A stretch of DNA of 64,000 nt from an uncultured Verrucomicrobiae bacterium (GTDB taxonomy: Bacteria; Verrucomicrobiota; Verrucomicrobiia; Chthoniobacterales; JAFAMB01). Below the pieces are notes generated by a model that made no database searches, had not been told where the DNA came from, and saw only the letters and a list, made by a program, of their open reading frames with translations. This document shows positions 39,816 to 50,151 of the stretch, piece by piece. Positions within the stretch are counted from its first letter, which is position 1. Each line of letters opens with the position of its first letter. The DNA is taken from the NCBI GenBank assembly GCA_963762565.1, contig CAVXLD010000012.1:256001-320000 (forward strand), given 5' to 3'. Both the position numbers and the translations under genes were made by a program.

Positions 39816-40103
39816 AGCTCCTGGTGCATCGTTGCCTGCCAGTCTAGCGAGAAAACCTCGGAGCCGCAAGAAGGGTTCGCCGTTTACCGTTCATCGTTCG
39901 GCGTTTGGCGTTTGGCGTTTGAGACCTACAAAGTCCTATCAGTCCCATAGACCTCGTCGCGCCCTAGGCTTGGCGAAGGCGGATCCCATCGGTGCTACGT
40001 CTGCTTGGCTTTGTCTGCCCTAACGCTTGCCACACTGCATTCGCCTCATATAGGTAAATGGTGCTGGGCATTCTTGAGCGATGCAGGGTACTAATTTTGC
40101 CAT

Positions 40104-40880
40104 ATGCTTTTCGGTTCACGACGATTGATCCTGGCGGTATGTGTACTCTTTCCTGCCGCGTCCTTCGCCGCGCAGAACCGGTACGACATTCTTGCCCGTG
40201 TCCTGCAACCCTATTTGACCTTGTTCTTCTCTAAGTCCGGCGGCAAAGCGGTTGAAATGGAAGTGGTGGTCCGTTCGATCGAGGGCAGGAATTCTGCAGC
40301 TTATTCAACCATAGTGAATCAACCAGTCAAACTCAGCTTTCAAGGTCCAGACAAACTTCGCGTGGAGATAACCGACCCGGATCATCGGAAAATCGTTTGT
40401 CGGAGCGGGCAACGAGTATGGGTTTATCCACGAGAGTTAGGGGCTGAGGTAGTAGCGACGGCATCAAATGCGGAGAAGAATGGCCAAGCACAGGAGTTTC
40501 GGTTGCCGCTCAATGATCAGGAGATCCTATTACTCCCTGCGATGTTCAAGATCATGCACTGCAACAGCGTGACCGATTCGTGGGGTTCGCCTGCCTGGGA
40601 TATGGAATTTCGGACCGATCCCACTTTGGAGAAAGAGTTGAACGCGACGCCTGTCGTGGTCGAAGCGTTGGTCCGGCAGAATGACTTTGGAGTTGAGCAC
40701 GTCAAAATGCGCAGCGGTGTTTGGTCTGGGGAGATGGAGATCAGCTCCGTCCGATTCAGCACGCAGTTACCGCCGGAAACCTGGGAACCATCCGCCGATT
40801 TAGGGGCTGAGGTCGTAGAGTTGCCTCCAGGTTTATTGAGTTCGGCTTTAAAGAAAGTGTCGAACCTCAACCTCCAATAA
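40104..40880 (+). CDS. Secreted protein, LolA/DUF2092-like fold
   Basis: Signal peptide and FQGPDKLRVE...GQRVWVY motif. Confidence 0.65.
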   Translation: MLFGSRRLILAVCVLFPAASFAAQNRYDILARVLQPYLTLFFSKSGGKAVEMEVVVRSIEGRNSAAYSTIVNQPVKLSFQGPDKLRVEITDPDHRKIVCRSGQRVWVYPRELGAEVVATASNAEKNGQAQEFRLPLNDQEILLLPAMFKIMHCNSVTDSWGSPAWDMEFRTDPTLEKELNATPVVVEALVRQNDFGVEHVKMRSGVWSGEMEISSVRFSTQLPPETWEPSADLGAEVVELPPGLLSSALKKVSNLNLQ

Positions 40881-40885
40881 CCCCA

Positions 40886-41383
40886 ATCCGCAGATAACAG
40901 AAGCTCACACAAAGTCACGAAGGCACAAGATTTTAATAGCCGCAAAAGAGCACAAAGAACGCATGAACGGCGCCTCCGCGAGGCCGCCGACGAAGAAGAG
41001 TTTTAATATCCGCAGATTACGCAGATTACGGTTTGGGGCGGAGCCGAGCGGCGACACAAAAAGGGCCGCATCTTAATTTTGCGCCTTTCGGTTCGATCCT
41101 CGAGGAAACTTAACCCCTTTTGAGGATCCGCAGATTACGTAAATCTCGTTTAGGAGACGAACATCTTCGAGAGAAAGCCACAAACCGCTGACACGAGGAC
41201 GCGTTCTGCGATCACTTATCGCCTACATCCGCCTCAAACCGTAATCTGCGTAATCTGTGTAATCTGCGGATATAATTACTTCCTTGCGGTCTTTGCGCTC
41301 TTTTGTGGCTATTAAACTCTTTGTGTCTTCGTGCCTTTGTGTGAGGGTCTCCTATCTGCGTAAATCTGCGTTCATCTGCGGTT
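40886..41383. repeat. Four-layer nested palindrome of short-repeat families
   Basis: CGCAGAT, CACAAAG/CACGAAG, GCAAAAGAG and CAGATTACG arms recur in mirror order on the right side. Confidence 0.8.
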
Positions 41384-41400
41384 GGCATCTTGTTTCCTGA

Positions 41401-42603
41401 ATGAAGGCCGGTTTTCTCGATAAGTTGATTGAGCGGATCCGCCGGATTCAGCCGGAGGAAGTGCAGAACTATCTTGCGCGACTGGCGCGGGAAAAAGGGT
41501 TCCTCGAGCGGATCTTTGATGCGCTGCAAGAGGGTGTCATTGTGACCGACACCCAAGGTAAGATTGAGTTTTTGAATGCTGCCGCCGCCCAACTTTTTGG
41601 AGTACCCGATCCGGACAACGCCGCGGGCAAACCGATCGATGATATCTTGCACGGGTTGAGCTGGAATTCGCTTCGTTCCGCGGAGAGCACGGTGAGCCGC
41701 GATATCGAAGTCTTTTATCCCCAGCATCGGTTTCTGAATTTCTATGTGGCCCCGCTGTACTTAGATAAACCGGTACCGGGTTCGAGCGCTGTGATTCAGG
41801 ATCTGATCGCCTTTGCAGTGATTCTGCGAGATATCACTGAAGAACGGCGCAGCGCCGAACGCACGATCGAGAGCGAGAAACTTTCCGCGTTAACTATGTT
41901 AGCTGCAGGCGTCGCTCATGAGATCGGTAACCCCCTAAACTCGCTCAACATTCATCTGCAGCTGATTGAGCGTAAATTAGGACGGTTACCGCCCACTACT
42001 CGTGAGTCCATCGAAGAATCGTTAACAGTTGCCCGATCGGAGATCCAGCGTCTCGATTCTATCGTCCATCAATTTCTGCGAGCGATTCGTCCTACCACCC
42101 CAGCATTTGAGCCTTACCAGGTAAACGATTTGATCAAGGAATCCGTGGCGTTCCTCCAACCCGAGATTGAAGATCGTGATATCCTGGTGGAGACCGATCT
42201 GGACCCTGACTTGCCAATCGTGGAGGTCGATCGCGATCAAATCAAGCAGGCCTTCTACAACATCATTAAGAACGCCTTTCAGGCGATGAAGACCGGAGGC
42301 ATTCTTTATATCAGATCGTGGCCGGATGAAACCTACGTCTCGGTTTCTTTCAGCGATACCGGAGGTGGAATCTCTTCTCAGGACATGACTAAGGTTTTCA
42401 AGCCTTACTTCACTACGAAATCTTCCGGTTCAGGTCTAGGACTGCTCATTGTCAGACGAATCGTTCGTGAACACGGAGGAGAGATGGAGATCGAAAGCAA
42501 CGAAGGCAAAGGAGTCCGCGTCAGCATCCACCTGCCGCATGGAGACAAGCGAACGCGGTTGTTGCAGGATCGGCGGGAACAGGAAGTGATTGGTGAGAGG
42601 TGA
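41401..42603 (+). CDS. PAS-domain sensor histidine kinase (NtrB-like)
   Basis: GVAHEIGNPL H-box, NIIKNA, DTGGG and FTTK..GSGLGL motifs. Confidence 0.95.
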   Translation: MKAGFLDKLIERIRRIQPEEVQNYLARLAREKGFLERIFDALQEGVIVTDTQGKIEFLNAAAAQLFGVPDPDNAAGKPIDDILHGLSWNSLRSAESTVSRDIEVFYPQHRFLNFYVAPLYLDKPVPGSSAVIQDLIAFAVILRDITEERRSAERTIESEKLSALTMLAAGVAHEIGNPLNSLNIHLQLIERKLGRLPPTTRESIEESLTVARSEIQRLDSIVHQFLRAIRPTTPAFEPYQVNDLIKESVAFLQPEIEDRDILVETDLDPDLPIVEVDRDQIKQAFYNIIKNAFQAMKTGGILYIRSWPDETYVSVSFSDTGGGISSQDMTKVFKPYFTTKSSGSGLGLLIVRRIVREHGGEMEIESNEGKGVRVSIHLPHGDKRTRLLQDRREQEVIGER

Positions 42604-42623
42604 GAGGTGGTTGGTGATTGGTT

Positions 42624-42731
42624 GGTAGCGCGAAAATCTCGGCGGGCGGAGCGCTCGCCGCGGCTCAAATCCGGCGCGATCAATTATCCGATGAAGCTCA
42701 GCCTTCGGCGCGCCGAGATTTTCGGCCTACC
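42624..42731. repeat. REP-like family E palindrome (GTAG foot)
   Basis: GGTAG..CGAAAATCTCGGCG / CGCCGAGATTTTCG..CTACC arms. Confidence 0.65.
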
Positions 42732-42797
42732 GGCCGCTTACCCGGCCTTCTTTTCTTTCACTGAATACTGATTACTGTTCACTGATTACTATCTCCC

Positions 42798-44177
42798 ATG
42801 CTGGGCACGATTCTTATTGTTGATGATGAAAAGCACACGCGGGAAGGCCTGCGTCAGTCGTTAGAAGAAGAGTTCGATGTCTATACGGCGAGCAATATCG
42901 ATGAGGCGCTTAATGTCCTGGACGCGGACCGGGTCGACCTCGTCTTGACCGATCTGCGGCTTGGCGGTGAAGATGGAATGGCGTTGATCGAGAAGGTGTT
43001 GCAGCGGGCACGTCCGCCGATTTGTATTCTGATGACAGCTTACGGCTCCATCGCCACGGCGGTTGAAGCGATGCGGAAAGGGGTCTACGACTTCGTTACC
43101 AAGCCGATCAATCTCGACGAGCTGGGGATGAAGATCCGCCGGGCAATTAACGGACAGCGACTCGAGCAGGAGAATCAACAACTGAGACAACAGGTCGAGC
43201 AGCGGTTCGGGCTAGAGAGCTTGATCGGTGAATCGCCGGCCATGCATCGGATTTTGGAAACGATCCGCCAGGTTGCTCCCACTCGTGCTACCGTGTTGAT
43301 CCTGGGCGAAAGCGGCACTGGCAAAGAATTGATTGCCCGGGCCATTCACAATCTGAGCAATCGCAATAAAACGCGATTTGTGGCGTTTAATTGTTCGGCG
43401 TTCTCGCCGCAACTGGTTGAGAGTGAATTGTTCGGCCATGAAAAAGGCGCGTTTACCGGTGCGAGTGAACGGCGAATTGGACGTATCGAACAAGCGGCCG
43501 GCGGCACTTTGTTTCTCGATGAGATCGGTGAGATCGATGCGAATGTGCAGGTGAAACTTTTGCGCGCGCTTGATCCCGGAGTCTTCGAAAGGGTTGGCGG
43601 GAACCAAACGATCAAGACCGACATACGATTGATAGCAGCCACTAACCGCGATCTGATGCGTCTCGTCAGCGAGAAGAAGTTTCGAGAAGATCTTTATTAC
43701 CGACTGAATGTGGTTCAGATCCGGGTTCCTCCGCTCAGAGAAAGAAAAGAAGATATCCCGCTGCTAGCCAATGCCTTCCTAAAAGAGATCAGCCAACGCG
43801 ATAACAAAACGTTTCGGCCGCTTTCCCCTGAAGCGATGGATGCGTTATTAGGTTATGATTGGCCTGGCAATATTCGAGAACTGAAGGGCGCCATTGACTC
43901 GGGAGTAACCTTAGCAACCGGCCCGCAAGTTACTCTGACAGATTTACCGCTCACGATCTCTGAAGCCCGGTTCTCCGCTTCCGCCGGCATTGATGAAGCT
44001 GGCGGGCAAATGAACTTACATAACAACGAGCTGCGCCTCATCCTGCGAGCGCTGGAAGAAACTCACGGAAATCGCACTGAGGCCGCTAAGAAGCTAGGGA
44101 TTAGTCGTCGTACGCTTCATCGACGTTTGAAAGAGCTGAACCTCACAACAAGCGAGAGCGAGCAAGAAGGAGCGTGA
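42798..44177 (+). CDS. Sigma-54-dependent response regulator (NtrC/AtoC-like)
   Basis: REC domain, GESGTGKE, GAFTGA and a Fis-type HTH. Confidence 0.96.
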   Translation: MLGTILIVDDEKHTREGLRQSLEEEFDVYTASNIDEALNVLDADRVDLVLTDLRLGGEDGMALIEKVLQRARPPICILMTAYGSIATAVEAMRKGVYDFVTKPINLDELGMKIRRAINGQRLEQENQQLRQQVEQRFGLESLIGESPAMHRILETIRQVAPTRATVLILGESGTGKELIARAIHNLSNRNKTRFVAFNCSAFSPQLVESELFGHEKGAFTGASERRIGRIEQAAGGTLFLDEIGEIDANVQVKLLRALDPGVFERVGGNQTIKTDIRLIAATNRDLMRLVSEKKFREDLYYRLNVVQIRVPPLRERKEDIPLLANAFLKEISQRDNKTFRPLSPEAMDALLGYDWPGNIRELKGAIDSGVTLATGPQVTLTDLPLTISEARFSASAGIDEAGGQMNLHNNELRLILRALEETHGNRTEAAKKLGISRRTLHRRLKELNLTTSESEQEGA

Positions 44178-44192
44178 GCGCTTTGAAAGAAT

Positions 44193-44344
44193 GGGAGGGA
44201 TCGCGTCCTCGCGATCCGTTATTCGCAGGGCGCCGTGTGTCTCTCGATCCAGCGATGAAAATGCGTCCGGGGTTTGGGAAGCTTTCCCAGCGCGTGAGGA
44301 TCCTCCGTCGCTAAAGCTATGGCGGACAGGCAGCGCGCCCTCCC
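44193..44344. repeat. REP/REPIN-like family C element with nested small repeat
   Basis: GGGAGGGATCGCG...GCGCGCCCTCCC arms with insert CCTCCGTCGCTAAAGCTATGGCGGAC at 44302-44327. Confidence 0.75.
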
Positions 44345-44353
44345 GAGCCAGGG

Positions 44354-45316
44354 CTATTGGTTATTCGCGAAGCGTGTCCCGACAGGAAGCGGAAAACCAC
44401 GCACGAATTCCCTAGCGCTCATACGCCTTTTCCCTTCCAGTTGAATCTCAAGGAGCAACAGGCTTCCTTCGCCGGAACCAACAATAATTCCGCGCTCGAC
44501 ATGCCGTACCACGGTTCCCGGAGCGCCTGCCAACCGGTGTATCGGTAGAACCCGATGTAACTTTAACCGGAGCAATTTCCCGGAAAAATCGAGCACCGTG
44601 TAGGCGCCAGGCCATGGATTCATCGCTCGAACCAATCGGTCCAGGTAAAACGCTGGTCGGGTCCAATCGATCCGCCCTGTGTCACGATCGAGTTTAGGAG
44701 CGTAATTGGCCTGAGACTCATCCTGTTTGATGCGCGGCGCAGTTCCGGCTGCTAATCGGGCGATGGTCTCCTCCAGTATGGCTGGGCCGAGCTCAGCCAA
44801 TCGATCATGTAATGAACCGCCGGTCTCGCGATGCTGAATCGCGATAGAATGCTGAAGGATGATATCACCAGTATCGAGTCCTTCTGCCATGTACATCGTG
44901 GTGATCCCAGTTCGACGATCACCAGCTAGAATGGATGCTTGAATCGGGGCTGCGCCCCGGTGCTGCGGTAAGAGAGAAGCGTGTAGATTGATACAAGCGA
45001 TCTTTGGCATCTCCAAAAGCGATTTGGGCAAGATCTGCCCGTAAGCCATAACGACGATCAAATCGGGCGAAAGAGCTTGGATTTCGACCAGCGCATCTGG
45101 CTTACGAACTTTTGTTGGTTGTAAAACCGGTACACCGAGACTGCCCGCCAGCTCTTTGGTCGGAGGCGCCGTCAATTTCTGAGCCCGACCCACCGGTTTA
45201 TCGGGCTGGGTCACAACCCCAACTAGCTGAATATGCGGCGCGGATCCCAACCAGCGCAGAGACGAAAGGCCAATTTCCCCGCTCCCCATAAAAACGACGC
45301 GAAGAGACGCAGCCAC
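44354..45316 (-). CDS. fmt: Methionyl-tRNA formyltransferase
   Basis: VVTQPDKPVGR, NLHASLLP and LDTGD motifs. Confidence 0.96.
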   Translation of the reverse strand: MAASLRVVFMGSGEIGLSSLRWLGSAPHIQLVGVVTQPDKPVGRAQKLTAPPTKELAGSLGVPVLQPTKVRKPDALVEIQALSPDLIVVMAYGQILPKSLLEMPKIACINLHASLLPQHRGAAPIQASILAGDRRTGITTMYMAEGLDTGDIILQHSIAIQHRETGGSLHDRLAELGPAILEETIARLAAGTAPRIKQDESQANYAPKLDRDTGRIDWTRPAFYLDRLVRAMNPWPGAYTVLDFSGKLLRLKLHRVLPIHRLAGAPGTVVRHVERGIIVGSGEGSLLLLEIQLEGKRRMSAREFVRGFPLPVGTRFANNQ

Positions 45317-45380
45317 GGAGACAAAGAAGGTCAGGAGTGCAAGGAGTGCAAGGAGGTGATGCGATCAGGCGAGGATCCAA

Positions 45381-45658
45381 CTGGAGGGGAGCCGCTTTGG
45401 ATCGTACTAAAAGACCCCGCGATATTTGTCTTGGTGCGAGCGCGACAAAAATCTCGTTAAACAGGCGGCTCCCGGGAACGTTTCGACGCTTGGTAGGTTT
45501 ATCTACGCGTATGAATAATCTCCGAACCGACCGCTGGACAAGACATCGCGCGCGGTAATTCGCGGGAGCCGCCTGTTTAACATCCAGTTCGGCTTTCCCG
45601 ACGCTGGAAAGAAAACGACGATATCGTTAGGGCACGACCCAAAGCGGCTCCCCTCCAG
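45381..45658. repeat. REP/REPIN-like family B element
   Basis: Same four arms as 5956-6201. A half copy lies at 46490-46584. Confidence 0.85.
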
Positions 45659-45673
45659 GCTCGATGTCCGCCG

Positions 45674-46282
45674 CTACGCGTTGAAAGTCAACGAGCCGTT
45701 TCTGGTCTCCCAAATCTTGGAAAGAATATCCAAGGAGACTTTCACTGGTGGCTGACTAGCGTCGATCTTGGTGACAATACCGGCAAAATGCTCTAAAATC
45801 GGTTTCGTTTCCTCCTCGTAAAGCGCAAGTCGATGCTGGATCACTGCTTCGCTGGCGTCGTCCAAGCGGTTTTCCTTCAACGCCCGTTTTCGAATCCGTC
45901 GCACCAGCTCCTGACGGTTTGCACAGGAGAGATGAAAAACCTGTTTTACATCGATCATCGGGACCATCAATTCAGCCTGGGCTACATTTCTGGGTATTCC
46001 ATCAAGGATCATGACGTCGATGTCGGGCTTGAATCTAGCGGCTCCTACCTGAGCGTCGATACTCTGGTGCCATAGCTCGATCGTAAGATCGTCCGGAACC
46101 AGTAAACCTTCACTTGAGTATTCGATAAACTTTTTGCCAATTGGCGTCCGCGTATCCAGTTGGCGAAACACTTCGCCGCACGCAAAATGAAAAAATCTCG
46201 GCACATTACCGAGAATTTTACCCTGTGTACCTTTACCGCCGCCCGGCGGACCGACAAGCAGATAGCTAACGTAACGATTCAT
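45674..46282 (-). CDS. Adenylate kinase family (short LID)
   Basis: GPPGGGKGTQ, LDGIPR and RLDD motifs. Confidence 0.9.
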   Translation of the reverse strand: MNRYVSYLLVGPPGGGKGTQGKILGNVPRFFHFACGEVFRQLDTRTPIGKKFIEYSSEGLLVPDDLTIELWHQSIDAQVGAARFKPDIDVMILDGIPRNVAQAELMVPMIDVKQVFHLSCANRQELVRRIRKRALKENRLDDASEAVIQHRLALYEEETKPILEHFAGIVTKIDASQPPVKVSLDILSKIWETRNGSLTFNA

Positions 46283-46730
46283 TGGTTCTAGGGGGTCCCT
46301 TTTGTCCCTTGGTTAAGTGCCTAGATTCTCTCCGTTTCGTGCAACCGGCAACCGTAAAAAAAGTAATCAGTAATCAGGTAGGTCAGTAATCAGTTTCAGG
46401 AAGCAGGAGCGAGAATCCAGGAGCCAGGAGGACCCGGGTCGGGCGGGCGTCCAACTGGCATGCCCACAAACCTCTTCGCGCTGAGTCGTTCCCGGGAGCC
46501 GCCTGCTTAGAGAATTTGCGGACATGCACGCGCAGAGACAAATACCGTTGGGTCTCTTGGCACGATCGAAAGCGGCTCCCCTCCGGCGCGCACTGACTAC
46601 CCAGCGCCTCCTGACTCCTGGATTCTGGCTCCTGGCTCCTACACTGATTACTGCCCTACCTGATTATTGATTACTTTCAGGCCACGTATCTGCGGTTGCG
46701 CTGCGGGCAAGGTTAGCGAAGGTTTACTCT

Positions 46731-47171
46731 GTGAATCGCCGGCCCCGAGCCTTTCGTTTGTTTCAGATCCAAGGAAAATTAGGGGACGTGGCTTATGAGA
46801 TGACGCGCGTCAATTTCTCGCGTTTGCAATCGGGTGAGAACCGGTGGCAACCTGCGGTGAACATGTTTGTTTGTCCGCGCTGCCTTCGCATTTGCGCCGA
46901 TCTTGCTGGAGTTGATCCTGAAGAGGTCGAGCTTTCGGTCAGCAACGGAAAGCTCTTGATCAGCGGATACCGTCCCGCGCCGGAACCAAGTTCTGAACCG
47001 GAAGTAGAGGTGGGCCGCGTCAAGGCCGTGCGAGTTTTAGCCATGGAGATCGATTACGGCGGCTTCGTCCGCGAGATTACATTGCCCGACGATGTCGACC
47101 TGGATCGGGTAAAAACCGATTGGAATAATGGGATTCTTTGGATCCATATCCCGCGCCGGTCGCACGCCTGA
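46731..47171 (+). CDS. Hsp20/alpha-crystallin family protein
   Basis: DLAGVD, EIDYGGFVREI.LP and NGILWI motifs. Confidence 0.9.
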   Translation: MNRRPRAFRLFQIQGKLGDVAYEMTRVNFSRLQSGENRWQPAVNMFVCPRCLRICADLAGVDPEEVELSVSNGKLLISGYRPAPEPSSEPEVEVGRVKAVRVLAMEIDYGGFVREITLPDDVDLDRVKTDWNNGILWIHIPRRSHA

Positions 47172-47252
47172 GCCATCCAGGCTATGGCGTGCGCATGCTC
47201 CGGCGACGCCGGATCATGCGCTCGTTTATCCGAATCAAACTTTCTCTAGAAA

Positions 47253-49763
47253 ATGACACCATCGGACCAGAATCCTTTTAACGGAGGCTTCGAACACCCT
47301 ATGTCTGCGTCTCCTGATGACCGGGCAGATTTACGCGAGTCTGGCGTGACGGGAGACGGGAGTCAGCAACCAGAGGTCGCCGGCGATGACAACGCCGCCC
47401 GGAAATCCGGAACTGCCGGTTCGGAACTCGACATCGCTATTCTTCCTTTACGAAATGTCGTCATCTTTCCCGGGATGGTTGTACCTCTCACCATTGGGCG
47501 TCCATCCGCGTTGAAGCTGATCGACAACGAGCTTCCGGAAAACAAACAGCTCGGGCTGGTGACGCAACGAAGTGAGAGCCAGGAAAAGCCTGCAGTCGAC
47601 GATCTTTATCCGGTGGGCGTTTTAGCGCAGGTACTTAAGCTGGTCCGGCATGACGACGGGACCGCCGTCCTGTTTGTCCAAGCGCAACAACGCATCAAGA
47701 TCGTCGAGTTTCAGCAAGTCGAGCCCTATTTCCGGGCACGGGTTGCCGATTTGCTTACGATCACGCCGGAGCCGCAGAGCAAGGAGCTGGAAGCCTCGTT
47801 TAACAATTTGAAGCAAGCAGCAGGCCGGTTACTTGATCTTTCGCCCGATATTCCGGAACAAGCGCGGGCGGTTCTAGCTAATGTCGCCAACCCGGAACAA
47901 CTGGCGGATTTGCTCTCGGGCAACCTGGCCATTGAGACCCCGGTGAAGCAGCGAATCTTGGAGGAACCGGATTTGCTGCAAAGGATACGACTGGTCCAGG
48001 AAGCATTGCAGCGCCAAATCGAGATTGCCGAGCTCCAGCAAAAACTGCGGCAGGATGTCGAAGGCCATTTTTCCGATAGCCAACGCCGGGCCTATCTCCG
48101 GGAACAACTCCACGCTATTCAGCGCGAATTGGGTGAAGAGGAGCCCGGTGACGAAGAGCAGGTAGCTCAACTCCGAAAGAAATTGACGGACGCCGGAGCG
48201 CCACCGCCGGTAATGGAAGTGGCTGAGAAGGAATTAAAACGACTAGCGCATATTCCAAGCGCCAGCCCTGAAAGCTCGGTGATCCTCTCTTACGTTGAGA
48301 TGCTGGCCGATCTTCCTTGGGGAAAACGAACTGAGGACCTCCGTGATCTCGCCAAAGCGCAGGAGATCCTTGATCGCGACCATTTTGGACTCGAGAAAGT
48401 CAAACGCCGTATCGTCGAGTTCCTGGCTGTACGCCAATTGAACCCGGAAGGACGGAGCCCCATTCTCTGTTTTATCGGACCTCCTGGGGTCGGTAAGACG
48501 AGTCTCGGTCAATCGATCGCCGATGCGTTAGGTCGCAAGTTTTCTCGGATTTCGTTGGGCGGTATCCGGGACGAAGCCGAAATCCGAGGCCATCGTCGTA
48601 CTTACATCGGCTCCATGCCGGGAAGAATCATTCAAGAAATTCGCCGCTTGGGTACCAGGAATCCTGTGTTGGTTTTGGACGAGTTAGATAAGGTGGGGTC
48701 CGATATGCGCGGTGATCCCTCGAGCGCCCTTTTGGAGGTGCTAGATCCTCGTCAGAACAACGCGTTTGTCGATCGTTACCTGGATGTTCCATTCGATCTG
48801 AGCCAGGTGATTTTCATCGGGACCGCCAACTACGTCGAAGGGATCCCGGCTCCGTTGCGCGACCGGATGGAGATGATTGCGATCCCCGGATACACGGAGA
48901 CAGAAAAGCTCCGGATCGCGCAAAATTACCTGGTGCCTCGTCAACTCCAGGAGAACGGCTTGAAGCCGGAACAGTTCCGGTTCTCCGAAGAAGCGATCCT
49001 CGCCATTATTCAGGAGTACACTTACGAAGCCGGCGTTCGTGATCTTGAGCGGAGAATTGCCGCCGTCTGCCGCAGTGTCGCCGCCGAGATTGCCAGAGGA
49101 ATCCACGCAACTGGTCTGGAAGCGTCCGCTTCTTACGTGCGCGGGATTCTGGGAAATGCAGCCCGTAGTGTCCGAGAGCAAAAGTTGAGCGAGAACTTGG
49201 TCGGGGTCGTGACTGGGTTGGCTTACACACCGACCGGTGGCGACATTTTATTTATCGAAGCCACCAGATATCCGGGTAGAGGCGGGCTGATGCTAACGGG
49301 TCAGGTTGGTGACGTGATGCGAGAATCAATGCAAGCTGCCTATAGCCTGGTTCGGAGTCGTGCGAAGCGGCTCGGTATCGATCCTGAAAGTTTCTCTGAA
49401 AGCGACGTCCATATTCATGTTCCAAGCGGTGCTGTGCCCAAAGATGGTCCTAGCGCCGGAGTTGCTATCAGTACGGCAATCGCCAGCTTGTTCAGCGGTT
49501 ATCCAGTCAGAAACGATGTGGCGATGACCGGCGAGATCACGCTGCGCGGCGCCGTGTTACCCATCGGCGGACTAAAAGAAAAGAGTCTCGCCGCCTTGCG
49601 CGCCGGCGTTGATGTGGTGCTCTTCCCCAAAGCCAACGAAAAAGACCTCGAAGAAGTGACCGCCGAAGCCAAACAGCGCCTTCAATTCCATCCCGTCAGC
49701 ACCATCGACGAAGTGTTCAACGAAGCGTTGGTCAAACCCCAACCGCAGACGAGCGCAGATTGA
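47253..49763 (+). CDS. lon: Endopeptidase La
   Basis: [17 protein letters not shown] and GGLKEK motifs. Confidence 0.97.
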   Translation: MTPSDQNPFNGGFEHPMSASPDDRADLRESGVTGDGSQQPEVAGDDNAARKSGTAGSELDIAILPLRNVVIFPGMVVPLTIGRPSALKLIDNELPENKQLGLVTQRSESQEKPAVDDLYPVGVLAQVLKLVRHDDGTAVLFVQAQQRIKIVEFQQVEPYFRARVADLLTITPEPQSKELEASFNNLKQAAGRLLDLSPDIPEQARAVLANVANPEQLADLLSGNLAIETPVKQRILEEPDLLQRIRLVQEALQRQIEIAELQQKLRQDVEGHFSDSQRRAYLREQLHAIQRELGEEEPGDEEQVAQLRKKLTDAGAPPPVMEVAEKELKRLAHIPSASPESSVILSYVEMLADLPWGKRTEDLRDLAKAQEILDRDHFGLEKVKRRIVEFLAVRQLNPEGRSPILCFIGPPGVGKTSLGQSIADALGRKFSRISLGGIRDEAEIRGHRRTYIGSMPGRIIQEIRRLGTRNPVLVLDELDKVGSDMRGDPSSALLEVLDPRQNNAFVDRYLDVPFDLSQVIFIGTANYVEGIPAPLRDRMEMIAIPGYTETEKLRIAQNYLVPRQLQENGLKPEQFRFSEEAILAIIQEYTYEAGVRDLERRIAAVCRSVAAEIARGIHATGLEASASYVRGILGNAARSVREQKLSENLVGVVTGLAYTPTGGDILFIEATRYPGRGGLMLTGQVGDVMRESMQAAYSLVRSRAKRLGIDPESFSESDVHIHVPSGAVPKDGPSAGVAISTAIASLFSGYPVRNDVAMTGEITLRGAVLPIGGLKEKSLAALRAGVDVVLFPKANEKDLEEVTAEAKQRLQFHPVSTIDEVFNEALVKPQPQTSAD

Positions 49764-50151
49764 CAGATAGGGCTCACACAAAGGCACGAAGGCAGAAAGA
49801 AGAGAAGGCAGATACGATACGCAGATTACGCAGATTACGCGTGAGGTGTGAATGTGACCGGGGCTAGACGCACGCGATACGAGGAACACGATCTCCTTTA
49901 GAGCTCTTTTTTTTGCGATCTTTGCGCCCACGCCCGCAACGCTTCGCGTAGCGGTGCGGGCGGGTCTTTTTGCGGCTATTGAATCTTCGTGCCTTCGTGC
50001 CTTTGTGTGAGCCTCTCTTATCTGCGTCGATCTGCGGTTAAGGTTTTCTGTTTCGGATCAATTCGCGGGGGCGATTGAAAATATCGATGTCGGTTAGCGT
50101 TGCGACCTTTGGCCGGATCGCGTTTACTCGGAGTTCCCTTTCGGGTGACGT

